DNA of 62,373 nt, filler included, from Rhabdomonas costata (taxonomy: Eukaryota), in the NCBI GenBank assembly GCA_019059605.1. It is 29 parts of 29 records of this genome, joined end to end, with 100 filler letters (N's around TTAATTAATTAA, not from the genome) between each part and the next. Parts side by side here need not be neighbours in the genome. Positions count along the whole stretch, not along the records: positions 36,633 to 38,686 come from JAHMHO010006051.1; positions 38,787 to 40,840 come from JAHMHO010006052.1; positions 40,941 to 42,994 come from JAHMHO010006053.1; positions 43,095 to 45,147 come from JAHMHO010006054.1; positions 45,248 to 47,300 come from JAHMHO010006055.1; positions 47,401 to 49,453 come from JAHMHO010006056.1; positions 49,554 to 51,607 come from JAHMHO010006057.1; 22 more parts are not named here. One strand, 5' to 3'. The first letter of the stretch is position 1, and each line of letters begins with the position of its first letter. Below the pieces are notes generated by a model. It searched no databases. It was not told the origin of the DNA and saw only the letters and a program-made list of their open reading frames with translations. Positions 37,924 to 50,068 of this stretch are shown here, piece by piece. The position numbers were made by a program, and so were the translations under genes.

Positions 37924-38819
37924 CTGAGGGAGCGGAGGCAAGCCTTTTCGTGAGTGTGTGTACGCGTTTTGAGTGGTGCGTGGCTTACCCGGGAAGAGTA
38001 CTGCACCCTGACACCAAAGGTTCTTCGGAACCCACCACATCGATGGATCGATGTGAATTGTAAAACACGGAGTAACGGTTATTTTTAAACAACCACCCCT
38101 TCTGAAAACGGGCCAGATACGCGGCGTGTGCAAACCCATCTACTATCAACCTCATCTGCGCTTCGCGGCCCAAGACATTGCGGAAAAAGGCCAGGGGACC
38201 ATAAGGGTCATTTTTTTGGGGTTGTTGTTGTTAAACGGTTTCATGTTGTTCAACGAAAAGGTTCAAAATTATGCCGGTAAGTTCGACCGCAAAAAAAAGC
38301 TCCTTCATTTATTGCTGTTTCGGCCCAAAAACCCCACTCCTCCACACTTACAACCTTCCCGCGTGAGCCGCCCGCAGGTCCAAGCGGTTGCGGCGCTGGG
38401 CTTCGCCATTAAAATAACTCGACCTTTTTGAGCGCCATCTCCAGGGCAGTTCAGCGTGCAATATCCTAGGAAAAACTGCGTGTCCTCCGCATATACGCGC
38501 GCCCAGATATCAGATCAGACATCATTCTCCTTTCACAACTCCGTCGAATGGATGGTGATGCTCGACAATGTTATTCCACTGTTGGGCCGGGTTGGACAGC
38601 AGTTTTGCAGATCCGTTCATAGCCCTACCCAAAATACCGAGGAAAGGTACCCCAATACAATCAAACCGTTTAACCACCACCCACAANNNNNNNNNNNNNN
38701 NNNNNNNNNNNNNNNNNNNNNNNNNNNNNNTTAATTAATTAANNNNNNNNNNNNNNNNNNNNNNNNNNNNNNNNNNNNNNNNNNNNGGTTGGGGGTGAAG
38801 TCGCAGGAAACGCGACAGC

Positions 38820-39707
38820 TTAGGATTCCTCGCACCAGCGGTTTTCCTCGCGAATCCGCTCCTCTTCTTCAGGGGTGAAGTCGTCATCCATATTAAACAA
38901 CTGCCGTATCTGCTCCGGAGTCTTTCCTGAAGAAAGCAAAAAGGCGAGCAAGTGCTGAGGGATGCTATGGAAAGTAAGCAACCGGGGCCCAAAGAGCCTT
39001 ATGAGCGGTAAACGGTCACGAAACGTGTTATTGAACGATCACGCAACTCCGCCAGTGCACCTCTTTAGCTGAGCTTGTTGTGCTCGGCGACCGGCAAGTC
39101 ATGCAGACAGAGTGCAATCGTGGCTTTGCTGGACTTTGACGCACCGAATGCAGTGGAGAAGATTTGCATCCAGAATGTCCGCGCCAGGTCATGGAATGAG
39201 GTTACAAAGTCGAATGACTCACAGCAGAAATAGCTGCAACTGAAAACAGCGACAGGTTCATGATAATGTACGGATACAAATGCTTGGCAAACCCTTGATC
39301 ATGGAGGCCACACAGGCGCATGTCAGATGAAGAAGATCCTTGGCGTCCATGTAGTTGGCCGCCATAATGCAGTCGATGAGCAGCTCGTGCTGCCTTTCAT
39401 CCCCGCCTTTGACCTTTGGAAGAAATCCAACTCGCGTCGACTAGCAGGCAAAACAGTAGATAGCACCCCACGGATCCAACACAGCAAAACCGCAATTTGA
39501 ACAGAACTATTCGAGACGTTCGAGATCTGTGATGGACAACAAAACTAAAGTAAAAAGAAAGTATGGAAAGTAACAGAATCGAAGAAAAAAGTAGATGGTG
39601 CCGACCAGGTCAGTGTACAGGAACTGCTTGTCCCACTCTGAAATGAATTCCTCAAGGTTGCCCCTGAGAGGTTTCTCAATGGGCTCGGGCTTGTTGTCTC
39701 GGTGGTG
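38820..39707 (-). CDS. SKP1: S-phase kinase-associated protein 1, last three exons
   Basis: Exons 39707-39606, 39413-39293 and 38926-38820 (GT-AG) give ...IEKPL...[83 protein letters not shown]. The ORF track misses it. Confidence 0.97.
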
Positions 39708-39849
39708 CTGTGAGGAGAAAGGTTATCGCCACCCGCGTTGAACCCAACCAGAAACGGCCTTGCTTAATTTCCCTCCTCCTCTCGGACCCAACCTCACGCT
39801 CATTTTTCGACGCCTGCCGTTCTTCCTCGTGACCTGCTGCGGAATCCTC

Positions 39850-40840
39850 CCTCTGAAGGAGTCACCCTCGCCCTCCAGCAGGACAGGGTTCCCTTGGCCT
39901 TGCCACGCTCAACGAATCCTCCTCCTCGCAGTGGCTGTGGCACCACCACTATGCCGCCCACCGCTTCCTACGTCCGTTCACCAACTGTCCAGCCTCGGAC
40001 AACGGACAACGGCGGTTGGGCTCAGCAGGCCTCTTTGCTGAGGCATGTGAAAAAGGTCCATCTGGCACTTGGTGAGCATCTCGCTGAATCCTTCCTGATC
40101 ACTGAGAGATGACGCGTCTGTTGGCCCTGCCTGCGTTTGTGTCCCCTTGCCCGTGCCGAGGACCTCCGCTCCCAGCTTCAAGCTCACCATCCTCTGGCGC
40201 CAACGCAGGGGCTGGGAATTCCACTGGGCAGTCCTCGTCATCTGCCGCGACATCAACCTCCTTGGGGGTGCCGCTTCTTGCCGCAGTGCTGCCCGCGCCC
40301 TCCTGCTGGGCGAACCTCCCCTTGCTCCTGGCGGAGGTCTCTTCCACGCCCCTTCGTTCCTGAGCAACGTTCCGCTTTCGTGCGTGGACCGATGGAGTGG
40401 TTTGCTAACTCTGGCGCTCCACCGGGCCTCCTCAGACCTCACATAGCAGGCTCTTGCTGAACTCTTTTTGTTGCCTCGCCTGGTGCTCGCCTCCATGCCC
40501 CGGGGCGGGGCAAAGCTGTCACCAATATCCTCATGAGCCCCATGGACGCCTGGCTGAATGGCAAGCGGCAGGAGCTTTGGTCGAAGGTGCGTGGCTCGGC
40601 CTCCAGAAAGGCCAGGAGAGTCGAGACCCGCCCCCAACGGGAGCGGGAGTGGTCCTCTACCCCCAAGTGCTGTGAGGGCTGTGCTCATTGCGGTGAAGGA
40701 AGGGGCCTTGTCCAAAGCAGCCAAAACTTTGATGCAGGACCCCCTTCCCATGCCACCTGACGCGTCAGCTATTCTGCAGAACCTTCATCCGCATGCCTCC
40801 GTCCCGGCTGTTCCACCGGCCCCAGGCGGCTGCGAACCCC
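39850..40840 (+). mobile_element. CRE-like non-LTR retrotransposon, 5' ORF region, frameshifted, inside a Skp1 intron
   Basis: C2H2-like GWAQQASLLRHVKKVHL, then FLSNVPLSCVDRW, AWLNGKRQELW and the pre-RT motif EGALSKAAKTL...ILQNLHP, spread over different frames. Confidence 0.7.
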
Positions 40841-41749
40841 NNNNNNNNNNNNNNNNNNNNNNNNNNNNNNNNNNNNNNNNNNNNTTAATTAATTAANNNN
40901 NNNNNNNNNNNNNNNNNNNNNNNNNNNNNNNNNNNNNNNNGTTGGTCTTTGCGCTCATGGTTCGGTATTTGTATTCTGTACTTGCTTTCGTGGTTTGGAT
41001 TTTTTATTCGGGGTTCGGAGTTGGAGTTGGGAATTTGGATTTCGTCTCCGGTCTTTGGTTTCGGTTTCGCGGAAGTCCTTCGGGATCTCCATTCTTGAGT
41101 TGGTCAAATGCTGCAACGCTACCGTAAGAGACAGTGGAACGCAAGGAATCTGAGGTTCTAAGGAATCGTCCGCCACGATTTCATTGACCAGAAATTGATG
41201 TACTTGTCGCTGAAAGTGACCATGGTTAAGTCTGTTCGACTTTCAAAATGGATCGGGTGTTGGGTTGACATCCTTGAGAGAGATAGATGAGAACTCAGAC
41301 ATTCACTTTTTGTGTACGTTTGCTTACCAATTGTGCTTGTGTTGTTTGGCCTCAATGGTGGTCAGTGGTTTTCGTAGCGTTGATGAGTCGTATTAGCTGG
41401 TTAGGCCTTCTGTATAGGGTTCGGGTTCGGGTTCTGGTTCGGGTTCGCGTGCCATTTCCCATCTCACTGGTTTCTCGTTTGTGTGTGCTTCCTGGTGGTG
41501 AATGGCTTCTTTTGGTACGGTGTCTTTTCGTCGAAGCGGAGCGGAAATGATTGCATAGGAGACCTGGGCGACTGTGTGACCATGCAAGAGGCGCTACCCG
41601 CAACAACTACGACCTAGTAAAAGACACCAACACGAGTACACACCACAAGCTGAAATAATGCGTAGTAAACAAGGAAATAAATGTAGAGTACTTCGTGGAA
41701 TGCCGCTGGTAACAGTTGAGCTAAGACAATGCACAAACGCCAGGTTGGC

Positions 41750-42700
41750 CAAGTGCAGGTGCTAATGTGAGGCTGAATGTGCAGGGGCGAGTCATGAGAG
41801 TACCTCACAGGTTGTCACACGTTCATGACCACATGTGTCCAGAGACACAACACAGTATTAGGGCTAGGTTCTTGTTGTCTTCCTGTTAATAGTGTAGCCG
41901 TGTGTGTTTATACTCAAACCAGGTGTTGGGATAGGAGTAGTGTGAACGTCACCACGGTTAAGCTGTATATGCGCGGTATGGTGCGCCATGGTAGTTGGAT
42001 CCTGTTTCTATCCCTTCACTCAGTGATGGAGGTGGTGGTGTGGCATGTCCTAACTCATGTAGAAGGAGTGGTTAGCGTACCGTTGGATGTGTTGTACCAT
42101 ACTCTCTCATCCGGTGGTGGTTTCAGGGGGTGGTGGCGTTACTCCTACCCACTCACCAACACGTAGTGGTACAGTACAGTATGCCTGTGTGTGTACGTTA
42201 TGTTATCACAAGAGTGTAGTGGTGGTGATGGCGTGATGTCATTGTCGCTCTGATGCCATTGGTGGTCATGGCGTGGTACCATGGTCATGGGAATGCCAAC
42301 ATTGTGATGCAAGGACCCAATGGAAGGGTTGATTTGTAGTGAAGCTAAACGCGCAGGTAGTGGATCTTAGCGCGTAGCAAAGAGACCACATGATCTTCAT
42401 ACCACATACACCCCCAAGAGTGCACCAGAGGGTGTGACGTAGGAACGTGTGGTGGTGGGTGAACCATCATCAAGAGGACGGATTTGATGGACATAGCATC
42501 ACAACGACATGTGATCAAAATAACGTATAGAAACTGGAACATGGGCGACATTTCTTAGCAAGAAGCAAGTGTGACGTCAGGGGAAACACGAAAAGGAGCA
42601 ACGCCAGTGTGAGTGACGACCTACAACAGGATTAAACATGAGTGACATCGAGCTTAGCTAGAGTAACGAATGTGAAAGACCATAAGAGGAACATGAAAAC
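41750..42700 (-). mobile_element. Highly decayed CRE-like non-LTR retrotransposon remnant
   Basis: Broken motifs in the expected order: LG..YEDHVVSLLRAKI (~42420-42360), QAYCTVPLRVG (~42187-42155; compare QxxLPLRxGGLG) and LDTCGH...C...HD (~41845-41790). Many stops and frameshifts. Confidence 0.4.
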
Positions 42701-45248
42701 GAGTATGTATGAGCGTAGCGATTGTGAGAGTGAATGTGACACGTGATCGACAGAAAGTGAAGAGGAAGAACGTGCTACACATTATGGTAGGTAGTGAAAA
42801 CGTCTGAGTTTTGTGTGGAGCATATGAGCGTATGCAAAGGTGCGACCATGAGTATGTTTGTATCGTTCCCGCCGCTTTCTCTCGGTCGCTCTTCCACTCC
42901 AGTGGTTCAATTAGACACCATAAGGCGCATACTTTTACCAAACATCCCTACTATCATCGTTTGTTTCACCACCATAAGGTTGTTTCTCCCAACCNNNNNN
43001 NNNNNNNNNNNNNNNNNNNNNNNNNNNNNNNNNNNNNNTTAATTAATTAANNNNNNNNNNNNNNNNNNNNNNNNNNNNNNNNNNNNNNNNNNNNGGTGGT
43101 GTTTTCGTTCTACTTTCTGTGTTACCTAATCCGCTGCTCCACGTGGCCGCTGATTCTGTCAGCGCTCTGCTTTTTGGGGCAATGTTTTTTGTTTTCTTTT
43201 CCTCGTTTACACTCCTTTTTGTTACGATGCTGTACTCCAGTGACAGCCATGTTCGCTTGAACTACAAACCTCTCCCCCTCCTCGTGCGTCTTAGCGCCTT
43301 CATTGGGCTCTGTGTGCGTGTTCCTTGTCGTGAGATACGAAGAGGGAATGCCCTTCTGATTTGCATTCCATCGCCACTCAGCTGCGACCGCAGTTTTTTA
43401 TGTGCCCCCCCCCGTCCCCTTCCCTGCGTTGCGTGCCTAAGTCCTGTGTAGATCTCTGTTCCTCTGTTTTGTGTTTCTGCTCGTGGCTCTTCGGTATTTG
43501 GGCCGCTCACCGGTGAAGCTGCTCTGGCTACAGTTCTCTTGTGTGGAACCTCAGCAACGTGCTGTGTCAGCTTCCCCCCGTTAGTTGACCATGATGGGAA
43601 GACACCCATGAATACGCTTTCGTCCTAAACCATGTCAATCCCTCGTGTGCATCAATCTGGCACTCGCTTTCTCAAAATGAGGTGAAAGAGGTTTCACTTG
43701 GAGGGGAACTGAGGGGTGGTGGAAACCATGCCAGGATGGATATTTTGTTGGGCTGCTGAAGCGATGCGTTTTGGTGGATTGTGCAGCTGTCGTGAGGTAA
43801 TACATCCTTCACCATTGTTTCTTTGGGTCTTGCGGCAGGCTCTTCTTTAAGAAACCCCTCCTTTTTTCCCCCGCCGGGTTGTCTCAGTTTTTTCGTCTCC
43901 AAAATGCACAGCACTATCACTGGGCTCTCGCCCAACCGTCGAGGAGTCCCGGAAGGCCGATCTTACAGCTCTGGTACTCCCCCCTCCCCATGCAAAGATG
44001 CAAAGTTTTCCCGATGTTCGGACATCACTGTTCATCAGACGCATGTTCTGATTCAAAGTCGGGCGTTGCATTAGTTTTTTGGGACCCTGACGGTGGGAAC
44101 CCTGCCTTGGCCTTGATCTTAGGGATGTGGTGCTTCATGTCAAAAGTGGTGGTTGGTAGAGGGACTCGTTGGTACCTTCGCAGGGAATGGTGGCAAACTG
44201 TGGCCCTTTCTCTTCCGTCGTCATTGAAAGAACATCCCGCTCTTCCAAAGGCTTATCATTGGCGTACTGGTATAATAGCAAGAAGACTCCTCTCTCTCTC
44301 TCTGTCTTCTTTCAGTTGGCATCTGTTTTGCTTTTATCCTCTTTCTGTGCTTAGCGTGTGTGATGCCGTCCTCGGCCGCGCCGCTGAGCAGCAATCGGTA
44401 CACCCGCCTGACTCCCTACCATCTGCCGTTCGCTCCACACCTCATCAAAAGCAACATCGGAAAGGGGGGTGGCGCTTGTGTCGTTGGTGTCTATGGTTCT
44501 GTGTGGTTAGTTTTTCCAACGTCCTGCGCAATCCTGTGCAGGGTTGTTATTATTTTAAGAGGTAAGCGAGCGACGCTTTAACATACCGCTCACAGGAGAG
44601 TCGTCCGTCACAAATTCCAAAGCGACTTTCGCCGCCTTTCCGTCTTTTGCCGGAGTTTGATTCTGCGAATGGAATCAGGAACTGCAATTATGTGACCGGC
44701 TTCTTTTGGGCTGTTTCTAAGAATGTATTACCCGTGCCACCTGAAAAACGTCTTACCAAAGTGAGACCTTTTGCACTTACAGGGGGGCTACACAATAAGG
44801 GATACCGTGAGGTTGCGGTGCTTGGCTTGCCAAGGCGGTGTTGCGCTTGGTTCAATTGACGTTGCGGGGGGGGGGTACCATCGGTAACCGGTAATTGTCA
44901 TTCCCACTCTCCAAAGTTAATTCCACCTTCCGTCCGATGGCGGGAGAAGGCACTTGCTGCACCCGGAAGAAATCCAGAAGCACTGTAGCAGTTGTGGCTT
45001 TGTTGCAGGCACAAGGAAAATGTCACCGCACAAAGCCTGTGGTGAATGGCAGTCACTGGGCACTGGCAAAGGCGCAATGGGAAGGGGCAGAAGAGGCCGC
45101 CCCCTCGTCTTCCTCGCAACACAACACTCCAACTATCCCACAAAACCNNNNNNNNNNNNNNNNNNNNNNNNNNNNNNNNNNNNNNNNNNNNTTAATTAAT
45201 TAANNNNNNNNNNNNNNNNNNNNNNNNNNNNNNNNNNNNNNNNNNNNG

Positions 45249-45352
45249 TGGTGGTTGTGGGTGCTTTTTTTAGCGGAGCAGTGGAAGGCTCTCCCAGAGG
45301 TCCAGAAGAAGGCCTTCCACTGCTCCGCTAAAAAAAGCACCCACAACCACCA
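45249..45352. repeat. ~41-bp inverted repeat at contig start (fold-back through an HMG exon)
   Basis: 45249-45289 is the reverse complement of ~45312-45352. Confidence 0.92.
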
Positions 45353-47076
45353 GCGCTCGTACACCCTTTCGAGATTCCACACGACATTCATGAGGGATTG
45401 CTGTTCCAGGCTGTTCCGGCAATCCCAACGGCGGGTTGTCCAGTTCCCGCTTTCTGGCGGATCAATTGCAATGCTGGGAGGAGGGTCCTGAAAAACCTCG
45501 AACTTGCATTGCATTGGCACGCAGGCTACCCTAAACGCAAATTCTGATTACCTGCTTAGCAATGCCGTGCAGCTGAAGGTTTGACCGCGGCGAGTGACAA
45601 GGAAACCCGTCTGCACTGTTAGTGGTGGGACAGTGGAACATACCGATCTTCTTTCCCACCGCCTCGAAAGGCATAGCCTTGATCTCAGGCCGGGTCCACA
45701 TCTCCTTGACAAAAAGCTGGTAAGCACTGACCTTCTGCGTGCGGTTCAACCAAAAAAAAGTGCAGCAAAGAAAATGAAAAGTTGCACACACAATCCGCTT
45801 GGGAATACCACAAGCGCATCCAGATGCCTGCATTCCGAAGCGCAAGACCAGTGGGCAGGAAACCCGATTAACTCAGATAATGCACCAGACATACAATTCA
45901 ACGTTTGCGCATATCAGCGCGCATTTTGATTGGACCACGTAACGAAGCCAGCTGGGCTCCAAGCAGCAGAGAAGGCATTGCTCTAGACACTACCATGTCT
46001 AAATCTGAGGTAACCAACAGCTTGGGAGTGGGGGAAGACGGCAGGGTTTTCAATCTGGATACCTACTTTCCTTCAGTAAGCGTGCGTGCAAAAAATGGCT
46101 CGAGGGGAAAGACGAAAGAAGGTCCCATCCTTGCACCTTTCGGGGGGACAGGGCGGTAGCCTGGGCCTGGTAGGGCTTCTTCTGCTCAGCGCTCATCCCC
46201 TTCCACTGCTCAGCTGTCGTAATAAGGGAGCAATTCGCGTGGTTAGCTACTACTGCCTCTTTCATTGGCAAGTCTGGCTCATTATCGAACGTGCGGCACC
46301 GCCTACCGGAACCGATCGAAGCACATCAAGCACATGCATCGCTTGCATCAGCCTAGCCAAAGTGTCGTTCGCTATGTCGATAAAGTATTCATTGACAAGA
46401 TTTTTAACCGGAAACAGGTTGTAGACAGTTGCGGTGCGCGGATCCTGGAATTGGAGGCCTTCCATCAGCCAGGATGTGCATTTTCTGGGGCAGCGCGGAT
46501 ACCCTATGGACCCAGCACAACCACTTGCTTGCCGAGGCACGCGAACTGACAGCGCTCGCGCCCGCAGCCAATGGGTCGATTGTGATCACCAAAAGCCATT
46601 CATACAACAGCCAGCGCGCTCACTCACTCATTCACTTACACTCATTTTCTCCAGAGGTACCCATGACCCCTTGTGCCGTTGGTTTCGTGCCTTCGGTTGC
46701 GAACTTCTTCGGCAAGGCGCGATGGGCTGCTTGCCGAAGAAATACGCGCGGCGCTGCGGCCTCGTCAGCGAAATAATGGGCAGCAATGACGGGAGAGGGT
46801 TAGGTTACTTAGGGTGTGAGTAGTAGAAGCTCCTGCCCGAGTGAGACGAAAGAACAACCACCGCAATGTGTAAAGGGCGATGCGAATCACTTGCCGTGGG
46901 AAAGCGGGAGGAATTATTTAAATGTGAATGAAAAAAGTGAGGACGTAGGATAGGCCTTGGAGAGGCCTTGCGAAGAGAGAGATGCCAATTTTCTTTGCCC
47001 GCTCAGCGAAGGGGAGGGCCTTGATGTCCGCCCGGCTATGGGACTCCTTGGTGAACAGAGTGTACGCACTCACGAT
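45312..47076 (-). CDS. Tandem short HMG-box protein (KAP/TFAM-like), internal exons
   Basis: Exons 47076-46986, 46213-46137, 45734-45644 and 45327-45312 give IVSAYTLFTKESHSRADIKALPFAERAKKIAEQWKGMSAEQKKPYQAQA...KVSAYQLFVKEMWTRPEIKAMPFEAVGKKIAEQWKA. This matches the HMG pattern SAYxLF...W..[LM]S..QK..Y. Confidence 0.88.
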
Positions 47077-49559
47077 CTGTTTGAAATGAGAATCAGGGAA
47101 TACCCACGAAGTTGAATTCAATGGGTTGACAACCGCTTTTACAGAATTGTCATTTGCCCTCTCACCATCAAGTTAACGACGAGACGTCCGTATCTCACCT
47201 GCTGACATGATAATGCGCCCGATTCCATGTTCATGTAACCTAGGGAGCATCGCAGTGGCAATGCATACCGAGAAAACGAAAAGATGAACTCCCCCCAACC
47301 NNNNNNNNNNNNNNNNNNNNNNNNNNNNNNNNNNNNNNNNNNNNTTAATTAATTAANNNNNNNNNNNNNNNNNNNNNNNNNNNNNNNNNNNNNNNNNNNN
47401 TGTTGTGTTTGTACGGGTGTTCGCGCCTGGTGTGGCACCAGAACAGGGGCACACTGTACCCCTACAAAGAAGGCAAAAAGTGAGGTTGTGTGCAACGTCA
47501 GAAGGTCGGTAGGAGAGGTAACGAGAGAAGGCAAGCTCCAAGCGGGTCCTGGCAGAAAAATTGCCCAAGCATTTGGTCGACGCGTGTGTTGTAGGTGACG
47601 CAACTGAGCTTTGGAGACGCACTGCGTCCACCTCGCGACCCTGACTGCGGTACTCGGGAATCACGCAGAAGGGGAGTCACAATTCACGATGACCAGAGAT
47701 GTATATATAGGGATCTCTATCGTGCTGTGCAACACCGGCAGAGACTGGTGCTTCAAAACAGGGGATAAAGGGAAGGCTACTTCCGATCCCAGGCCCGTAC
47801 CATCGCCAGAATGACGTCCCAAAGCCAAGTTCGGCCCCGGGCCCCTGGATCTCGAGGCTGCGGCCTATGGCGGACCTCCGTGACATAGATCTTCGGGCAG
47901 GGTAGCGCAGAGGTGTCTGGGAAGAAGGTGAACAGTGGCAGAACCTCCGCTGGTGATTCCTCCCAGGATGAGTGCTGTGCCACTTTCTTCGGCATCCCCT
48001 TCGGACAAGCCACGAAAAGCCGAGTGAATAGCAGAGGCGGAGGGCGGCATCTGGTGTACCGACCATGGTGAGCCCGCGACCCTGTCATATGAGGAGTGCA
48101 ACAGAAGCCACTGCAAAATAAAGCATAAAAAGTGACGGCACCCACCGCAAAATTAATCACACAAGTGAGCCCTTTTCCTGGTGGCTCAAAGCCGAGCCCC
48201 CCCCCCCCCCCCCCCACCGAGGGAGCATTGCTGTGATAGCAAGGCATTTTACATGCGAAGGGCAGGTGAACGGAAGAAACCTGAAAGAGCTGCATGTCTG
48301 GTGGGGTGAGTGAATAATTCAGGTCACGGACTGCGCAGGGAACAACAACCGCCCTGTGACGGACCTTAACCAAACCAAGGAAGCCACAAACCGCGCGGGG
48401 GGCTTCTTAAACGGGGGTCACAGCATCCCATGGTTGTGCAAAGTCCGACCTAGATACAAGTGGCGCGACTTCGCCAAAGGAAGGTCACCATACGAGAAGA
48501 TGGATGCTGCCCTTGACCTTTTGAAAGAAGGCAGGTACTCTTCGCGTTGTAGGTGTGGACCACTGGGGACCAGAGTCTACCAAGAGAAATTCACTTCTGC
48601 CACTGAATACATTCCTCACATGCATCCCAGAACCAACACAACCACCAACTCTGAATCCAAATGAGAACAGGCCCACATTTCCGCCATTCCCGGACAGAAG
48701 CGGCAAACAAAATACGGAGCTTTGCGACAAACAACAGTTTTGGGAGAAGGGATGCAGAGATCTGACGGAAGTACAGCGGAATCAGGTTACTGCTAAGCTA
48801 AACAGGGAGGGGAGGGAGGGTCCGGAACCATCGGACCCACCGCAATTCCCCAGAAAAGCACGCAAAACAGAAACATAAAACAGAATGATAAAGGCGAAAA
48901 AACATCAACCTATCTGTTTGGTTCCAGCAACACGGAAACCGGACTGTGGCCACCCCAAGTGAAAAACACGACAAAGGTGGATGATGGTGCCCACTCCGAT
49001 AGAACAATTCCTCAGTCCAAGAAAAATCGACAACCTTTTCCCACACACGGCCACATCCACAAATCAAGACCGCCCTCCACTGCTTTTTGCCTTCATTATC
49101 AGCCACGGAAACGCACCAACGGCTAAAGCAGAGCGTTACATGACACAAATCTCGCTGAAGGTTGGAATACTACTGAGAAATCAAGACGAAAAGTCAAAAA
49201 GAACCCAAAATATGTGCACTGCAGTGCAAGCAAAAACAGTTGCCACTCACACGAAGTGACATCCCCCAGGAGTCTGGAACGCTCCTTCTGCCAATACACC
49301 ATCGCAGTATTCCTCACAAGTACTTGCATTTCGGTCGAAGCACAACGGAAACAATTACAGCAGCCACTGTTCAGCAACCACGTTGACAGTGACAAAGGGA
49401 ACGTCAAGGTAAACGGTAAGTACTCTACTGAAGTGTGCGTGCCCCCCAAAACANNNNNNNNNNNNNNNNNNNNNNNNNNNNNNNNNNNNNNNNNNNNTTA
49501 ATTAATTAANNNNNNNNNNNNNNNNNNNNNNNNNNNNNNNNNNNNNNNNNNNNGGTTGG

Positions 49560-49740
49560 TTGTCTGGCGCGTTTGCGGACGAAGGGCATCCGGCCCACTG
49601 TTGCGCTCGAGACGCGGCCCTCGCTAGCGTCACCCCTTGCGCTTCATCAATACGAGGACAGAATTGCGGACTTTATCCCTGAGAATCAGCCGGGCTTCAA
49701 ACCGGGGTCTAACGGCGCCCTGACAGCAATCTACCACCGA
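49560..49740 (+). mobile_element. Non-LTR reverse-transcriptase fragment (N-terminal RT motifs)
   Basis: KGIRPTVALETRPSLAS...IADFIPENQPGFKPG resembles the RPI...E..RL...QxGF motifs of non-LTR RTs. Confidence 0.55.
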
Positions 49741-50068
49741 CGACGACGTGATTTTTTTTCAACAGTGTGGCGGCCCTGGTCCGCTCAAGGCTGGCTGGGC
49801 ACGTGGCTTGGTGAATGCGCACAGGGAGCGTCAGGGACGACTCCCGTTGGCAGCGAATGGGAATGAGAGCTGTGGCGGTTGGTGTCTTGGCGTGGGGTCT
49901 CGTGCGGCAAGCGGGATCCACCTCCATCGGCGGACTGTGGTCATGCGTGGAACGGTTGATGCCAAGGACATCCGCTTCGTCGTAGTCGGTGGGATCCGCG
50001 GACTCGCCTCGGACTCGCATCCTGCCGTGCGGTGCCCGGGGAGTTGCCGCACTCATCCAAACCTCCGT

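Noticed and set aside
46265-46549. VRYVDKVF as a Penelope-like RT motif inside the HMG intron
   Set aside because: The second Asp is missing and no other RT motifs are nearby; probably chance.
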